The position numbers and the translations under genes are program-made. This document shows positions 23,782-36,498 of a stretch of 64,000 nucleotides of DNA, piece by piece. Numbering within the stretch: the first letter of the stretch is position 1; each line of letters opens with the position of its first letter. Source of the DNA: Octopus sinensis (taxonomy: Eukaryota); contig NW_021832832.1 of assembly GCF_006345805.1 (NCBI RefSeq), positions 35,819 through 99,818 of the forward strand, read 5' to 3'. Below the pieces are notes generated by a model. The model did not search any database, was not told where the DNA came from, and was given only the letters and a program-made list of their open reading frames with translations.

Positions 23782-24968
23782 CTTTTGCTATTGTTTTGGT
23801 TTGGTTTTCTATTGTTTTTGTAATTGGACTCATTCGCTGTAACCTTTAGCTTAGTGTAATTCTTATCAAATACACGTCTATATTCTAAAGTAAATTGAAC
23901 GGAATTATTTGACAAAACCTGATTGTGATGCTGGCTGTGGATTGAAATATGAACGCATTAACCTTCTTTGTGTCTGATATACACAATACATGCATATATA
24001 TATATATGTAACATCTAAAATCACGTGCATCGTACATAATTTATTCGTCTATAGAATATCTGTCTGTATTATCTCATATGTTACAGTGGCTTTTTCTGTC
24101 ACAATACAAGTGAATCGGACTGCAAGATAATGCACATAATATACCTACCTTGACTTTTTAAAGTCTCTATTATTTCTCATTCGATATTAGAATGTTATCA
24201 TTTTAAGGTCGAAAAGTGTATTACCATAACGGCAACAGTATGTATGTGTACGTGCTTTATTCAATATTCTATATTCTGGCACATTCTAAAGATCAAAGAT
24301 ACAGGAAATCATTATTATTGCGCTGTTTCTAAATGGAGATTTCTATCGACGTTTCATCAGAAATTCGAAGATGAAGAGATTTTTCGCTTGTTTTCCTTCG
24401 ATAATACACAAAATATTCTGAAATACAAATTAAAATCGAACGCTAATGGGATTTAAATCATGTACTTTGCTTCATGTCAGTATTTTACGGTATTCCTTGC
24501 TTCTTCATTATCATACTATTGATTTCAATTGGGTGTTTAAACATTTCATGCAAAACTGTGCCAGTTTCATCGCTCGCTGCTAAGTTATTACATTAGACAG
24601 TTTGAGAATTCAGGCTCTGACCCTTTAACGATTGGAATAAATGTTTAGCAGTGACAGCCATTAACCATACATTAGACATTCTGTAGGATGGATTTGTATG
24701 CTCGAATCCATACTATTTCAGGTTATAAACAGAGGAGGAGTTGAATATATAATCTAAAACCAAAAAAAAAAGTAATAAAACGTAACGAAAAACGCATACT
24801 AAATATGGTCATTGCACCTTATAGTGAATGAACACAGCTCGGTAGAATGCGCAATTGAAATATAAATCCTCTTGTTCTCGTGGAGTAGATTCCATTGCTA
24901 GTAGTTGGCCCAGTTTTCTCTTCTTAGGTTTTCTGTTCTGAGTAAGATTTAAGATAAAAATCTTTCAG

Positions 24969-25079
24969 CAGATAGACTTTTAAAATAACTGAGGAGACTT
25001 ACTCAAGTCTCAAATATTTTGTCATAACAAGTAGATCAAAAGTCACGCGATACATGCGAGATTGCTGGAGATTATTCAG
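24969..25079 (+). other. Candidate upstream exon (mostly 5' UTR) of the calmodulin-like gene
   Basis: tctttcag(cag) acceptor at 24961-71 and a perfect CAG|GTAAGT donor at 25077-85. All three frames are stopped in its 5' part. An ATG at 25054 ends in phase 2, so it cannot splice in frame directly to 28656. Confidence 0.4.
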
Positions 25080-25699
25080 GTAAGTAAATGCAAAACGAGT
25101 CAGTTGAGATATCTTGACACAGACAAGGTGACAAAATGTCACGATTTGCTAAGTTTTACATTTGGGAAAGTGAAATTCGATAACATTGAAAATCGAAACA
25201 ATTTAAGTACTATACGCTACACGAGGCAAATTTAACAGTTTCTAAATTGAAACACAAATCTTTTTCGTTTATGCAATAAAGACTGGGATTATGAATTCAG
25301 CCTCTCAGTAACTTTTGTGAAAAGATGTTATGCACAATTTATGTACTGTTAACCCGAGTCAACAATTTCGGCAGCAAGACTCTATGTATGTAATATATAT
25401 ATATATATATATATATATACTACCATGTTTTAATTGATGAAACTCACGTCTGTCTATATACCTACCCTCTTTGTAATGTTGACAAATGGAATAAGTATAA
25501 AAATGAACATTGTCAATTTAATTTTAAAAATTCTTTATGTGCCTGAAGAGTGCTCTACATTTTAAAACTGATGTAATACTTACATTGTTTAATTAAATGA
25601 AGTAGCATGAAACAATTGTACTACATTACCTTGTTGCTTATTTTGATTTAATATATATATGTTTCTGTATGTGTGTGCGCGCGCGCATGTATGTATATG

Positions 25700-25973
25700 A
25701 AGTGGCGTGGCTTAGTGGTTACCGTATTAAGCTCACGGTCGCAAAGTCGTGAGTTCGATTCCCGGCGGTGCATTCAGCTGGCAAAAATGACTTGTATTTG
25801 TAATTCAAATGGTCAAACTTATCACATTATGTGTCATGCTCATTCTTCCTGAGAACTACGTTAAAGGTACGCGTTTCTATGGAGTACTCAGCCACTTGCC
25901 TCTTAATTTTACAAGCAGGCTGTACTGTTGTTTAGATCAACTGAAACCTCCGTCGTCATAACCGACAGGATGC
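25700..25973 (+). mobile_element. Older family C-related SINE; other diverged copies at ~9560-9810(-), 26670-26843(-), 28110-28430(+), 30075-30357(-)
   Basis: tRNA-like head (gtggcttagtggtt..gagttcgattcccgg) plus the shared body gagaactacgttaa..ctcagccacttg..caagcaggctgt..gatcaactg..cgtcgtcataaccgac. Confidence 0.8.
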
Positions 25974-26838
25974 AAATTATATGTGTGTGTGTGTGCGTTG
26001 GCACGCGCGTATGTGTTTATAAGCCAAAATAATGCAAATAATAAATATTAACAATACAGGTGGGCGATTAGTGCTATTACCTGGTATCTCGATATTTCAA
26101 GATTAGGACCTCTTCTTCGGGAAATTTACGGACAAAGCTCATTGACAATGTTTTTGATTTCTAGTTTGGGCATATGAAGGGTCATTTTACGTTTATCGTT
26201 TCTAGACATTTGCATATGTAGTATGACTTATACGCATCCAAACATTTTTGCAAAAACAGTACAACAAACAATGAATAATTTCAACGCAAGATCACAGACG
26301 ATGTATAGTTTCCCCATGGTATTTACTACATCATTTATAAAATAAGGAGCGCCATTCTTCATCCAGCCGTCACCAAAAGTTCGAGAATATTTGTTCCATT
26401 ATTAAGTAAGACTTTTGATTAAGAGCTATAAGCCTGAAAATCTAGAAATTTTGTGTCTGACAGAGAACCACGCATACATGCATACAAACACATACATACA
26501 TACATACATACATACATACAAGCATATATGAATGTGTGTGTATGTAGGCATGTGTGCGCGTGTGTTTGAATGTATATATATATATATCAGATGTTGCTAC
26601 ACATCGCTGGTCACAATGCGCTTCACATTGTTTTAGCCTTCAAATGACGCCATCCTGCTGGCTAAGAAAGAGTGTGAGAAAGCTGTGGCGAAGGAGTACA
26701 GCATGGATGGCCACGACCCCTTGCCGGAGCCTGGTGGAGCTTTAGGTGTTTTCGCTCAATAAACACTCACAACGCCCGGTCTGGGAACCGAAACTGCGAT
26801 CCTACGACTGCGAGTCCGCTGCCCTAATCACAGGGTCA

Positions 26839-26871
<33 letters not shown>

Positions 26872-28655
26872 TATGTGTGTGTTAATTTCACACAATGTAT
26901 GAATTAAAGTAATCTATAAAATCTATACAAATGCATAAACGTTTATTTTTGTTTTGTTTTGTAGCTCCAGTTTGTTTCTAATTGATCTCACCTGTTGTCA
27001 AAGACGTTCTAGACATGCCCATACTTCCTAACATTAAGCAAGGGTGTATCTTAGAAACCACATTGGCCTATTTATATTCAGTCAGAAAGGAGAGTAGTGC
27101 ATGATCTCAGCACGATTAAGGCGACATTTGAAACTGTTTGAGCAACCATATCAATATAATATATTGTTGTACTAGTGAACATCTGTTACTTATACAGTGG
27201 GCGGTTTGCCCATCCCTATCAAAAACAAAAGAAAAAAGGCCAAGCATTCGGCAAAATGGGCTAAAATATTTAACACCTTCTCTACACGCTTGTTCATATA
27301 CTACCGGTGTTCCTTATATTTTTCATCTTCCTTGGTCGATAACTTATATTATTGGAAACTTACGGGTCCATTTTATTGCCTGTACTCACCATTTTTACTG
27401 GTGGTTCAGAAAAATAAATATTCTAATTATACAATCGTAGATATATCTATTCAGCATATTTATAGTAATTGGAAATCGATTATCCTAGACATTCTACCTG
27501 TGCAAATAGAAGAGTCTATCTACAAATCAACATCAGGTGTTTTATGTGGTTTGCTCATTCGATCTGCTATAAATACTAACCTTAAAATAAAGGAAGGACA
27601 CATTAGGTGATATAGACCAAGATACATTGTATCTGGAAAACGGAAGGTACGGTCAGAGCTGGAATAATTGTGATCATAGATCTAGCGGATCAATATTCAC
27701 CAGGTGTTAATGACTACCATCACCAGCACAACCACTATCAGCAGTAGCAACAACAGCAACATCAACCTCATCAACAACTAGTAGCGCACTTAAAAAAAAA
27801 TTGAAAATCATATTTTCAACCACGAACGCACGCACGCACACATTATGTGTGTGTGGGGCGAGTGGTGTTTGTTTGTGTATTATTTATATATATGTGTGTA
27901 TATATGTGTGTATGTATGTGTGTATTTATATACATACATATATATATACAAAATGGGACAAGAAGGCAAAACATCCGGACAAATAGGTGATACCAAAAGG
28001 GACAACAAAACATCCAGATAGACGATACAAAAAACACGGACGGGTCATTCGAAGCCTTTAATCTTCAGTCAAGAACTGGATCATCCTCGCAATTTCAACC
28101 TTCTCTGCGAAGGCCAATGGCTTGGGGGTTAGAGGTATTTGGTTCACCATAACAAGGTCGTGAGTTCTAATCCCAGGGGTGATTCGTATCCTCGAGCTAG
28201 TCATTTTATTGCACGTTGCTCCAGTCCACTTCGGTGACAAAAATATGTTCTACCTGTATTTCAAAGGGCCAAACTTGTTACATTTTGTGTCACACTGAAT
28301 CTCCCTGAGAACTATGTTGAGGGAACAGGTGTCTTTGGAGTGGACAGCTCCTTGCATATTAATTTCTCAAGCAGGCTGTTCTGCTGGTCGGATCAACTGG
28401 AACACTCGTCGTCGCAACTGACGGAGGGCCAGTAATTTTCTTTGGACTGCGAACAAAAGATCTGTGTTTTGTGAAATTTAAATTGTCTTTTTAATTGTGC
28501 ATTTACTTTTGCTTTACAAAAGAGAATTATGTTCATTTTATTTCACAAATAATTTCTATGATGTTACTAAAAAAATCAATAGTTTATAATATATTTCTAT
28601 TAAATATTTACGGAAAATTGAAATTTGCTTATTTCTTCTTTCATAAATCTTTCAG

Positions 28656-28799
28656 AAATCAAAGAAGCTTTTCAAATGTTCGATATTGACCATGATGGTC
28701 AAATCACGAGTAACGAACTGAAAGCAGTAATGAAATCATTGGGTCAAACACCTTCCGAACAGGATTTGGAAGAAATGATCAGAGAAGTTGACACAGACG
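28656..28799 (+). CDS. Internal coding exon of a calmodulin-like EF-hand protein (EF-hand 1 plus the start of EF-hand 2)
   Basis: Pyrimidine tract and tttcag acceptor (AG at 28654-55); GACG|gtaagt donor (GT at 28800-01). Phase1/phase1, 144 nt. Translates (E)[47 protein letters not shown](G), with a canonical 12-residue loop [12 protein letters not shown]. Length and phases match the 144-nt third exon of animal calmodulin genes. It is too divergent from invariant calmodulin to be CaM itself. Confidence 0.93.
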
Positions 28800-28824
28800 G
28801 TAAGTGAAAAAATTTATTTAGTTA

Positions 28825-29121
28825 TCCTCATGGAGTCTCTTCTGCTTCTTTGCATTGGAATGTTACAGCTCCGGTACTGTGGGAATGTGATTAGAATATC
28901 GTGGGAAAGACGAATTCTTGAAGCCTACCCAACCGGCAGGAGACCTGCGGATAAATTAAAACTGAGATTGTTGGATAATATCCGTAGTCTGAGGTGGTCA
29001 CGCTTGGGAATCCAGTCAGAAATTGTAAAGATAGTTGCTTCTGATAGCATCCTGTTGAGGATCCTCTATCTAACGACCCTCGCAGGAAGAGTAGGTGGAG
29101 ATAATGGGTGGATAGATGGAG
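28825..29121 (+). mobile_element. Degenerate 3' fragment of a second RTE LINE (Expander-like)
   Basis: Translates ESLLLLCIGMLQLRYCGNVIRI..RRILEAYPTGRRPADKLKLRLLDNIRSLRWSRLGIQSE, which resembles the RTE/Expander C-terminus QLRWFGHV.R...GRRPRGRPRTRW.D.I..L.W.RLGI. Ends in cgaccc...ataatgggtggatagatgga, a (GGAT)n-like tail. Confidence 0.7.
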
Positions 29122-30859
29122 GGGTGAAATCCCAATTCCATTCTGTGAAAAATTATGCTGGGATTTATGCTAAAAGATGGAACATTAGCTACTAACAATC
29201 TGAAATCCGTGAGACAGATTTATATAAATTGATGTAGGGGATAAAATGACTCACTAATTGCTATAGAATATTTTAGCTTCCACAATTTACGTTTTGAGCA
29301 GATTGAATTCTCGTCTTAATTTCGGCTTCTCAAGATATTGCTGTTTGTCCTGCAAATCTCCATGCTCACGTCAAGGCGTTTCCAGGCCAATTATGCCGTT
29401 GCGGGCCCTGGAATTTCTCACCCAATTTTTTCCATTTCTCACTCTTTTGGACGTTCTTCATGATGTGAACACGAGAGCCGATTGGTTAGGTATAGAAATA
29501 AATATACAAACTCTCATTCAAATATTTCATTTGGCTTGATAATCCTTTTTGCGCTTATGTTCAAGCTATGATATGGGTGCCACCAGTTCCCAAGGAACAC
29601 ATCTGCCTTTGAAAAGTTTTATATTTTAAGATATTTTACTGGGTGCATACAAATATTCTAGTCCCTAATAGGGACCTGTATAATCATCGATCATTCAACT
29701 ATTAACAAGTAGTAAGGAATACGTTGTTATCAGTAAAATGTTGCTATCAGCCTCTGTTAGAATTGGTCCTGGTAGTGTTGTGTAATATTTTGAAGAATTC
29801 GACGGCTGTAGAACCACAAGTAAGCGTCTACTTACCCATGACTTAATCACGGATTCATATATTCTATATAACAAAATTTTACTTCTTGAATGCCACTAAA
29901 ACCTTTGAAAAAATGTATAAACATCATGAAACAGTTTAGCAAGAAACACTTGTATTAAATTATATGAAAAGAAAGATCGCAATATTTTAGTGCCAGGAAT
30001 GTAAAAGAGCTTTCGTTGAGTTTAGCTTGAATTTGCTTCTGGCGCTTCGTAGCTTATGACCATCAGGATTATAGTCGATGTGATCAACAGAACAACCTAC
30101 TCGTCAATTTAACGTGCAAGTGACTGAGAACGCTACTGACACGCATAACTCTAACGTAGATTATAGGGAGACTCGACGTGACACAGAATGTAACAAGGCT
30201 GGCCCTTTCAGCTACAGGTACAGCACATTTTGCCAGCTGAGGAGACTGGAGCAACGTGAAATAATGTGTCTTGCTCGAGGACATACGCGCTGCAAGGAAT
30301 CTAACTCGCGACCTTACGCGCGTGAGCGGTACACCTTAACCTCTAAGCCACGCACCTTCTCTATGATTTGGTTCCAATTACTGAGTTAGAGCAATTTAAC
30401 TTCAACTCCTTTGCTGGCACTTATGTGGAAATGCATAATGAAGTGATATCCTGCTATCCCCATTCAGCTAAAACTATGACAAGTGATCTAACAAAGCCAG
30501 TAAGGATGAATGGTTGAAGAATTCAATCACAGACGTTACCAACTTATAAACACAAATTATGTCTTTTATTATCTGACTCTACTCTCTAGTTCTTGGTCCT
30601 GCCTCTTTCATCTGCCTCCTTGATGTGTCTACTCGTTCTTTCATCTCTTCCTCCACTGCCACCACCATCACCATCATAATTCTCATCCACATCATCATCA
30701 TCTTTTTGTTCTTCTTCTGTTTATGTGGGCGTGCGTCAACAATGCAGAAATCTACATTACTTTCAAATGTATCAATGTACTCACCTGCCAATGACATGCA
30801 TTCTAAAGTATGTCATATAGCCTACTCTCACAATACGTATATATTTCTGCCTGTTAGTG

Positions 30860-30879
30860 TTTGTATGTATATATATATC

Positions 30880-30929
<50 letters not shown>

Positions 30930-31034
30930 CGTTATATATAGCGTTATATATATATATAAATATATATATATAGTTATATATATATATAAATATATATATA
31001 TAGTTATATATATATAAATATATATATATACAGT

Positions 31035-31078
<44 letters not shown>

Positions 31079-32531
31079 ATATACCTTTATATACATATAC
31101 CTTTATATGTATATACCGTTATATATATAATTATATATATACCATTATATATATATAGTTATATACATATACCGTTATATATATAGTTATATATATATAT
31201 ATCGTTGTATATATGTATATATATATATCGTTATATTTATATATATACATATATATATGCATATATATATATCGTTATATTTATATATATATATATTGTC
31301 TGTGTATATTTTTTGTATGTACGTATGTATGTATGTATGTATGTATGCATGTATGTATGTATGTATGTATGTATGTATGTATGTATGTATGTATGTACGT
31401 ACGTACGTATGTATGCATGTATGCATGCATGTACGCACGCTCTCATGAGGCACACAGATTACTGATCACCTGTTAAGGTAAAGTGTACTGTTTACAAGTC
31501 ATATGGAGAGTGTATTTAGTTATCATTTACACATGCAGTTTTGTTTGCTTATTTATTCAGTTTCACGGTGAAATAGAAATAAGCTGATTTAATCAGACTT
31601 TGTAAGATACAGTAAAGGACATACTTCGATACTTTTTACCACGTTCCTATCCAATATCGATCGCATCATAAGATCCTTTTTCATAACAAAGCATAACGGC
31701 AAATGTATATAACGCTGCTAAAAGCAATGGCTGGGTACTTAGAAAGAGAGAGAACGAGAGAATGACAAAAGAGAGACAGAGAAACAGAGAGACAGAACTA
31801 AACACAGAAGGAGGGTGGGAGAGAGAGGGAAAGAAACAGAGAGGTAGAGAGAGAGAAAGACAAATATAAATATAAGGAAAATAGCGAAGTCGGTGAAAGA
31901 CAACGTTGTTCTGTTAAAGAAGAAAAAAATGGAGGAAAATGGAGGAAAGATTCCATGTTTGGTTGGTTGCTTCTGAGATTTCTTTTCTTTAGATTTTCGT
32001 TTTGCTTTTATAATCGTCATTGTTGTTGTTTTTATTATTGTTGTGTTCTTTTCCTTCTCACCCCACCTCTCTCGTCTTCTCCTCTTATTCCTTCTCACCA
32101 CCTCAGCATTCACTCATTTATTCATTCATTTTTCTTCTTTTCTACTTTCCCTTCTTCACTTCCTTCTGTTTTTCTCCTCCTCCTCCTTCTCCTCCTCCTC
32201 CTCCTCTTCCTAGTCGTTGTCTTCATTCATTTCCTTTTTCTAGTTTCACTTTTCCTTTTTCTTCATCTTCTTATTCTTATTGTTGTTCGTCTCCTTGTTG
32301 TTCTCTTATTATTGTTCGTGTTCCTCTTGTTCTTGTTCTGCTTATTTGCCTTCTTTAACTTCTTTTCTTTGAACTTTCTTCAGCTTCTTCCTCTTCATCT
32401 TCTACTTCCTCCTCCTCCTACTGTTCTCCTCCTACTCCCACCCCCATTCTTTCTCAACTTCTTGTTTCCGCGTTCATATTTCCACGTTTCACCGTCTTCA
32501 AAGAAAATTGATATTTGTTTAGAAAATATGT

Positions 32532-32563
<32 letters not shown>

Positions 32564-32565
32564 TA
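30860..32565. repeat. Compound low-complexity region: (CT)n, TA-rich minisatellite, (TATG)n, purine and pyrimidine tracts
   Basis: Direct reading. Confidence 0.9.
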
Positions 32566-33230
32566 AGACAATGCGAGCGTTTTCTTCTATGTCTGTATTA
32601 CAATAATTTTTTATGCCAGAGAAGATGTTAGTTATAAACGTTATACATTTACGAGAGTATCGCCGACTTAAATGGAACAGATTAAGAAATATTTCTATTG
32701 AAAATTAAACTAAGTCACGCAATTAAGTTAACTGTGCTTCTATCCCGGCAAAGATATTACCACATACATATTAGAATGTGTCTCTGATATAGACACGAGG
32801 AGGGCGGAAAAATTTTTAGCATTGCTTCAGTAAAGACTGAAAATGATGGATGTTTTAATAAAATCGGTCAATCTATTCTATAAGAGCAGCGAGCCGTTAT
32901 ACACACTCGCACATCAAGTACTACCACCACAAACAGCAACATCAACCATTCCACCGCTACCACCACCACCACCACCACCACCACCACCACAACAACAACA
33001 AAACTACCACCTGAATCACATTGATACATATATTGAACTTGATATTGGCATAAATGAAACAATTCATCATCCAATGGTTCAAATTATCTTCTTGTCTGTT
33101 TTTATAAATGTAGGTATTTGTTATGTGCGTATGTTTATATTATATATATATATAATACATAGAGACATATCTACATGGAGAAAGTCAGATAAAATATAGA
33201 TGCATCAAATTATTATTTTCCTTATCTATA

Positions 33231-33275
<45 letters not shown>

Positions 33276-33308
33276 CCCTACAACTCCACTTTGTTATATA
33301 TATATATA

Positions 33309-33445
33309 TTAGGTTGGCCCAAAAGTTCGTAACACTTGCGAAAATTGAATTTTTACTCGCCAAGTACTAACAAAAAACAACAAAAATCATTCCAAAATAA
33401 AGACCATTATTTTCCAAGACTTTCTACAAACTTTTGGGACAACCT

Positions 33446-33447
<2 letters not shown>
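33309..33447. mobile_element. 139-bp mariner-type MITE in (TA)n
   Basis: Terminal inverted repeats aggttggcccaaaagtt / aacttttgggacaacct (16/17 match); TA on both flanks. Confidence 0.85.
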
Positions 33448-33477
<30 letters not shown>

Positions 33478-33644
33478 TATGTATATGTATGTATGTATGT
33501 ATATATATATATATATTTAATGTATGTATATGTATATATATATATATAATATATATATATATAAATATATATTTATGTATGTATGTATATGTATGTATAT
33601 ATATATATATATATTATATATATCTATATATATATATATATATA

Positions 33645-33830
33645 TGGGGGGGTGCGAATTCACGAAAAAAGCAAAAGACGAAGACGGGTGTGTAGAAAAG
33701 AACCAGATGTATTAGTATAACGCTCAGGAATTGAAAACGTCTTTAACATTTCGAGCCTACGCTCTTCCACAGAAAGGAGCACAAAAAAACAAGGAGAGAA
33801 AAAAAATGTTTTTAGTGGCTACCGATCTAT
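33645..33830 (-). mobile_element. Repeat family H1, copy 2 (hammerhead fold at 33741-33776)
   Basis: Minus strand: cttt-CTGTGGA-A-GAGC-gtag-GCTC-GAA-ATGT-T-aaag; flanked by (TA)n. Confidence 0.7.
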
Positions 33831-33863
<33 letters not shown>

Positions 33864-33869
33864 ATATAT

Positions 33870-33900
<31 letters not shown>

Positions 33901-35182
33901 GACAGACAGAGAGAGACGACGACACACACACACACACACACAAATACTCACACAAGCGCGCACACTCGTATGTACATGCACACGTACTAGAGTGTATATA
34001 TAGCCATATATTATACGTATGTATATGTAGATATATACATATATAAATGTATAATTATATATAGAGGCAAGCATATCTGTGTGGTAAGATGTTTTCTCCA
34101 GATCTACAGGAATACTGATTCAGTTCTACCAAGTGGCACCTTGGGCAAAGTTTTTCCGCTCTCACTCTAGCCAACCAAATCGAAATGAATGAATTTGGTA
34201 GCGGGAAACTAAAAGAAGCCCGTTGGATATATATATTATATATACTATGATAATTCTGCTTGTTATTGCCTTATTTACCCATCGGTAACACTTTCGCGTT
34301 ATTAAGAAAAAGAGGGAGACGGATAAGGAGGGAGGGAGAACAAAGGTGAGAGAGAAGCGTCCATAACGTGAGGTAGGGGGGGAACGTGATATTTATTGCG
34401 TAGTTAAAAATGTTAGTTAAAAGAAGAGAAGAGTTAAAAATATAATTTTAGCAGAGGGGTGATGTTCTGATGGAGAGATTAAAGAAAGGCAGAGAGAGAG
34501 AGAGAGAGAGAGGGAGGGGTACAGAAAGAAAGAGTAGAAAGTGATGGGGTGAGAGAGATTATGATGGTGGTGGTGGTGATTGGATAGTGAAAAATGTATT
34601 CCTTTTCTTAATTGAACTCAGTTTTTTTTATATATCACCTATTACTTAACGCTCATTTGTGTGGCAAATATATGCAATTTAACTAAAGGTTGTATCATAT
34701 CTACGGGATAATTTTTTGTTTTGTTTATGGGGGAAATGGAAAAATAAGAGTGAATATTTATTTTATGAGTGTGTGTGTTAATTCTATAAAATTGTGTATA
34801 AATTATATAAAGTACATTAAGTAATCACCGTATTCCAAGTCTTTTAACTTTTCAATGAGTAACAGATGTGAGATTGTCTTTCCATAGAGACACTGCACAG
34901 GCTACGCTTTCAGGTCTTTTGAATAAAATTTTCAGAAATAACCCAACAGGCTTAACATTAATTCCATGAAATATTCACAGTTCTTATTAATAGATTATTA
35001 AGGTGGCTATTCGCAATTTAGAACCGAAATGCAATAAGAAAAGACGTCACTAAAGTAACGGAGGTTGCTAGAAAGCACCAACATATAGAGATATAGAAGT
35101 CAAAACAACTCTCAGCCAATTCAGAACACTTTCCTAACGAATAACAGGGGAGACAGGCTCCCTCCCTACGACAAGCGAGATG

Positions 35183-35232
35183 GAGTCATATCAGCGCTGA
35201 TTTCAGACTTAATTACTCTTCATCATTGACCC
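35183..35232 (-). ncRNA. Minimal type-I hammerhead ribozyme motif (C3A variant), Penelope-type
   Basis: Minus strand: gggtca-ATGATGA-AGA-gtaattaag-TCT-GAA-ATCAGCGCTGAT-A-tgactc. 6-bp stem I (one G-U), 3-bp stem II, 12-nt palindromic stem III, AUA cleavage triplet. Confidence 0.65.
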
Positions 35233-35344
35233 ATTACTCCGTCGCTGAGGGTAACGTATATATATATATATATATCGTCCTCGCGTTGGTGTGTTTTTTT
35301 CTGTGTTTTCTTGTTTGGATTAACTATGTATGATATATATATAT

Positions 35345-35389
<45 letters not shown>

Positions 35390-35463
35390 CACACTTATAT
35401 ATATATATATATAATATATATATATATATATAGTGTGTGTGTGTGTGTGTGTATGTATAAATA

Positions 35464-35573
35464 GTGTTAGAGATAGAAACCCACAGCTTCATCAACTCAA
35501 ACGATATTAACTCAACCAAGCCATAAAATATCGTTTGGAATTGATGAAGCTGGGGTGTTTCTATCTCTAACAC
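35464..35573. repeat. ~46-bp imperfect inverted repeat with 18-nt spacer
   Basis: gtgttagagatagaaac..cagcttcatcaa..caaacgatatt (35464-35508) versus its reverse complement at 35527-35573, with few mismatches or indels. Confidence 0.85.
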
Positions 35574-35721
35574 AATTTTGATATATATGAATTAATTAGG
35601 GAGAGTAATTCGATTTAATAGTTTTAATTTGAATGTCTCATCCTGTGGCACTGGAATTGATATTTCCTAATTACTATAATATATATATATTATACATATA
35701 TATATATATATATATACATAC

Positions 35722-35775
<54 letters not shown>

Positions 35776-36122
35776 TCTGTCTCTCTCTTCCATCTTTTCT
35801 CTTAAAAAAAAAATGTTTCTCCTAGCTCTCACTATTTTCCTCACGTTCTGGTCTAACGACCCTCCATGTTTGCTTTCGTTCGGTTTCCTTGTATGTCTTC
35901 ACTGTTATGCTTTTGTTCCCAACTTTGACCCTCCATAAATCCTAAATTTTATTTTAGAATTTATGGGAGCAACTGTCTTTGAAGACTCATATTGTCGTTG
36001 AATGCTCGAAATGAGGAATGGATAGACAGCCGACAACTGTGTTTACTTGTCCTGTTTTCCATTTTCTTGTTGGTGTTTCATGTTATTTGCACCGTTAGTG
36101 ACGTCCTATATATATATATATA

Positions 36123-36498
36123 CTAGCAGTATCGCCCGGCGTTGCTCAGGTTTGTAAGGGAAATAACTATAAAGCATTTTTAGAGTTATAGCCAAAAAAT
36201 AGCAAAAAAATGGAAAAAAATTATGGTAAATTTTTTTGAGAGTTAAAAAAGGTGGAGTTGCGTCCCCTAGACGGTCTGTGGTTTGGGTTTCTGATTCTCG
36301 AACATGTCGAATTTATCGATTTTTTCAGAACTGGGGGAACTTTTCAAAATTTTCGCTGCGTTAGTTTTGAATTATGACATTGGGCTATGTGTGTGTCAAG
36401 TTTCATCAGAATCGGTTGAAAGCCGTGGTCAGAGTGAGGGTACGAGAAAACAGACACACAGAAAACGCACAGACAAACTGCCGTTTTATAGAGAGAGA
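36123..36498 (-). mobile_element. Non-autonomous Helitron with the same termini as 23069-23463
   Basis: Minus strand: A|TCTCTCTCTATAAAAC ... CCTGAGCAACGCCGGGCGATACTGCTAG|T. Canonical TC...CTAG ends in an A|T target. Confidence 0.85.

Noticed and set aside
25700-25770. tRNA-like sequence with good A and B boxes (also heads at ~1770-1840 and 51110-51182)
   Set aside because: No acceptor-stem closure, and it continues into SINE body sequence, so it is a SINE head rather than a tRNA gene.
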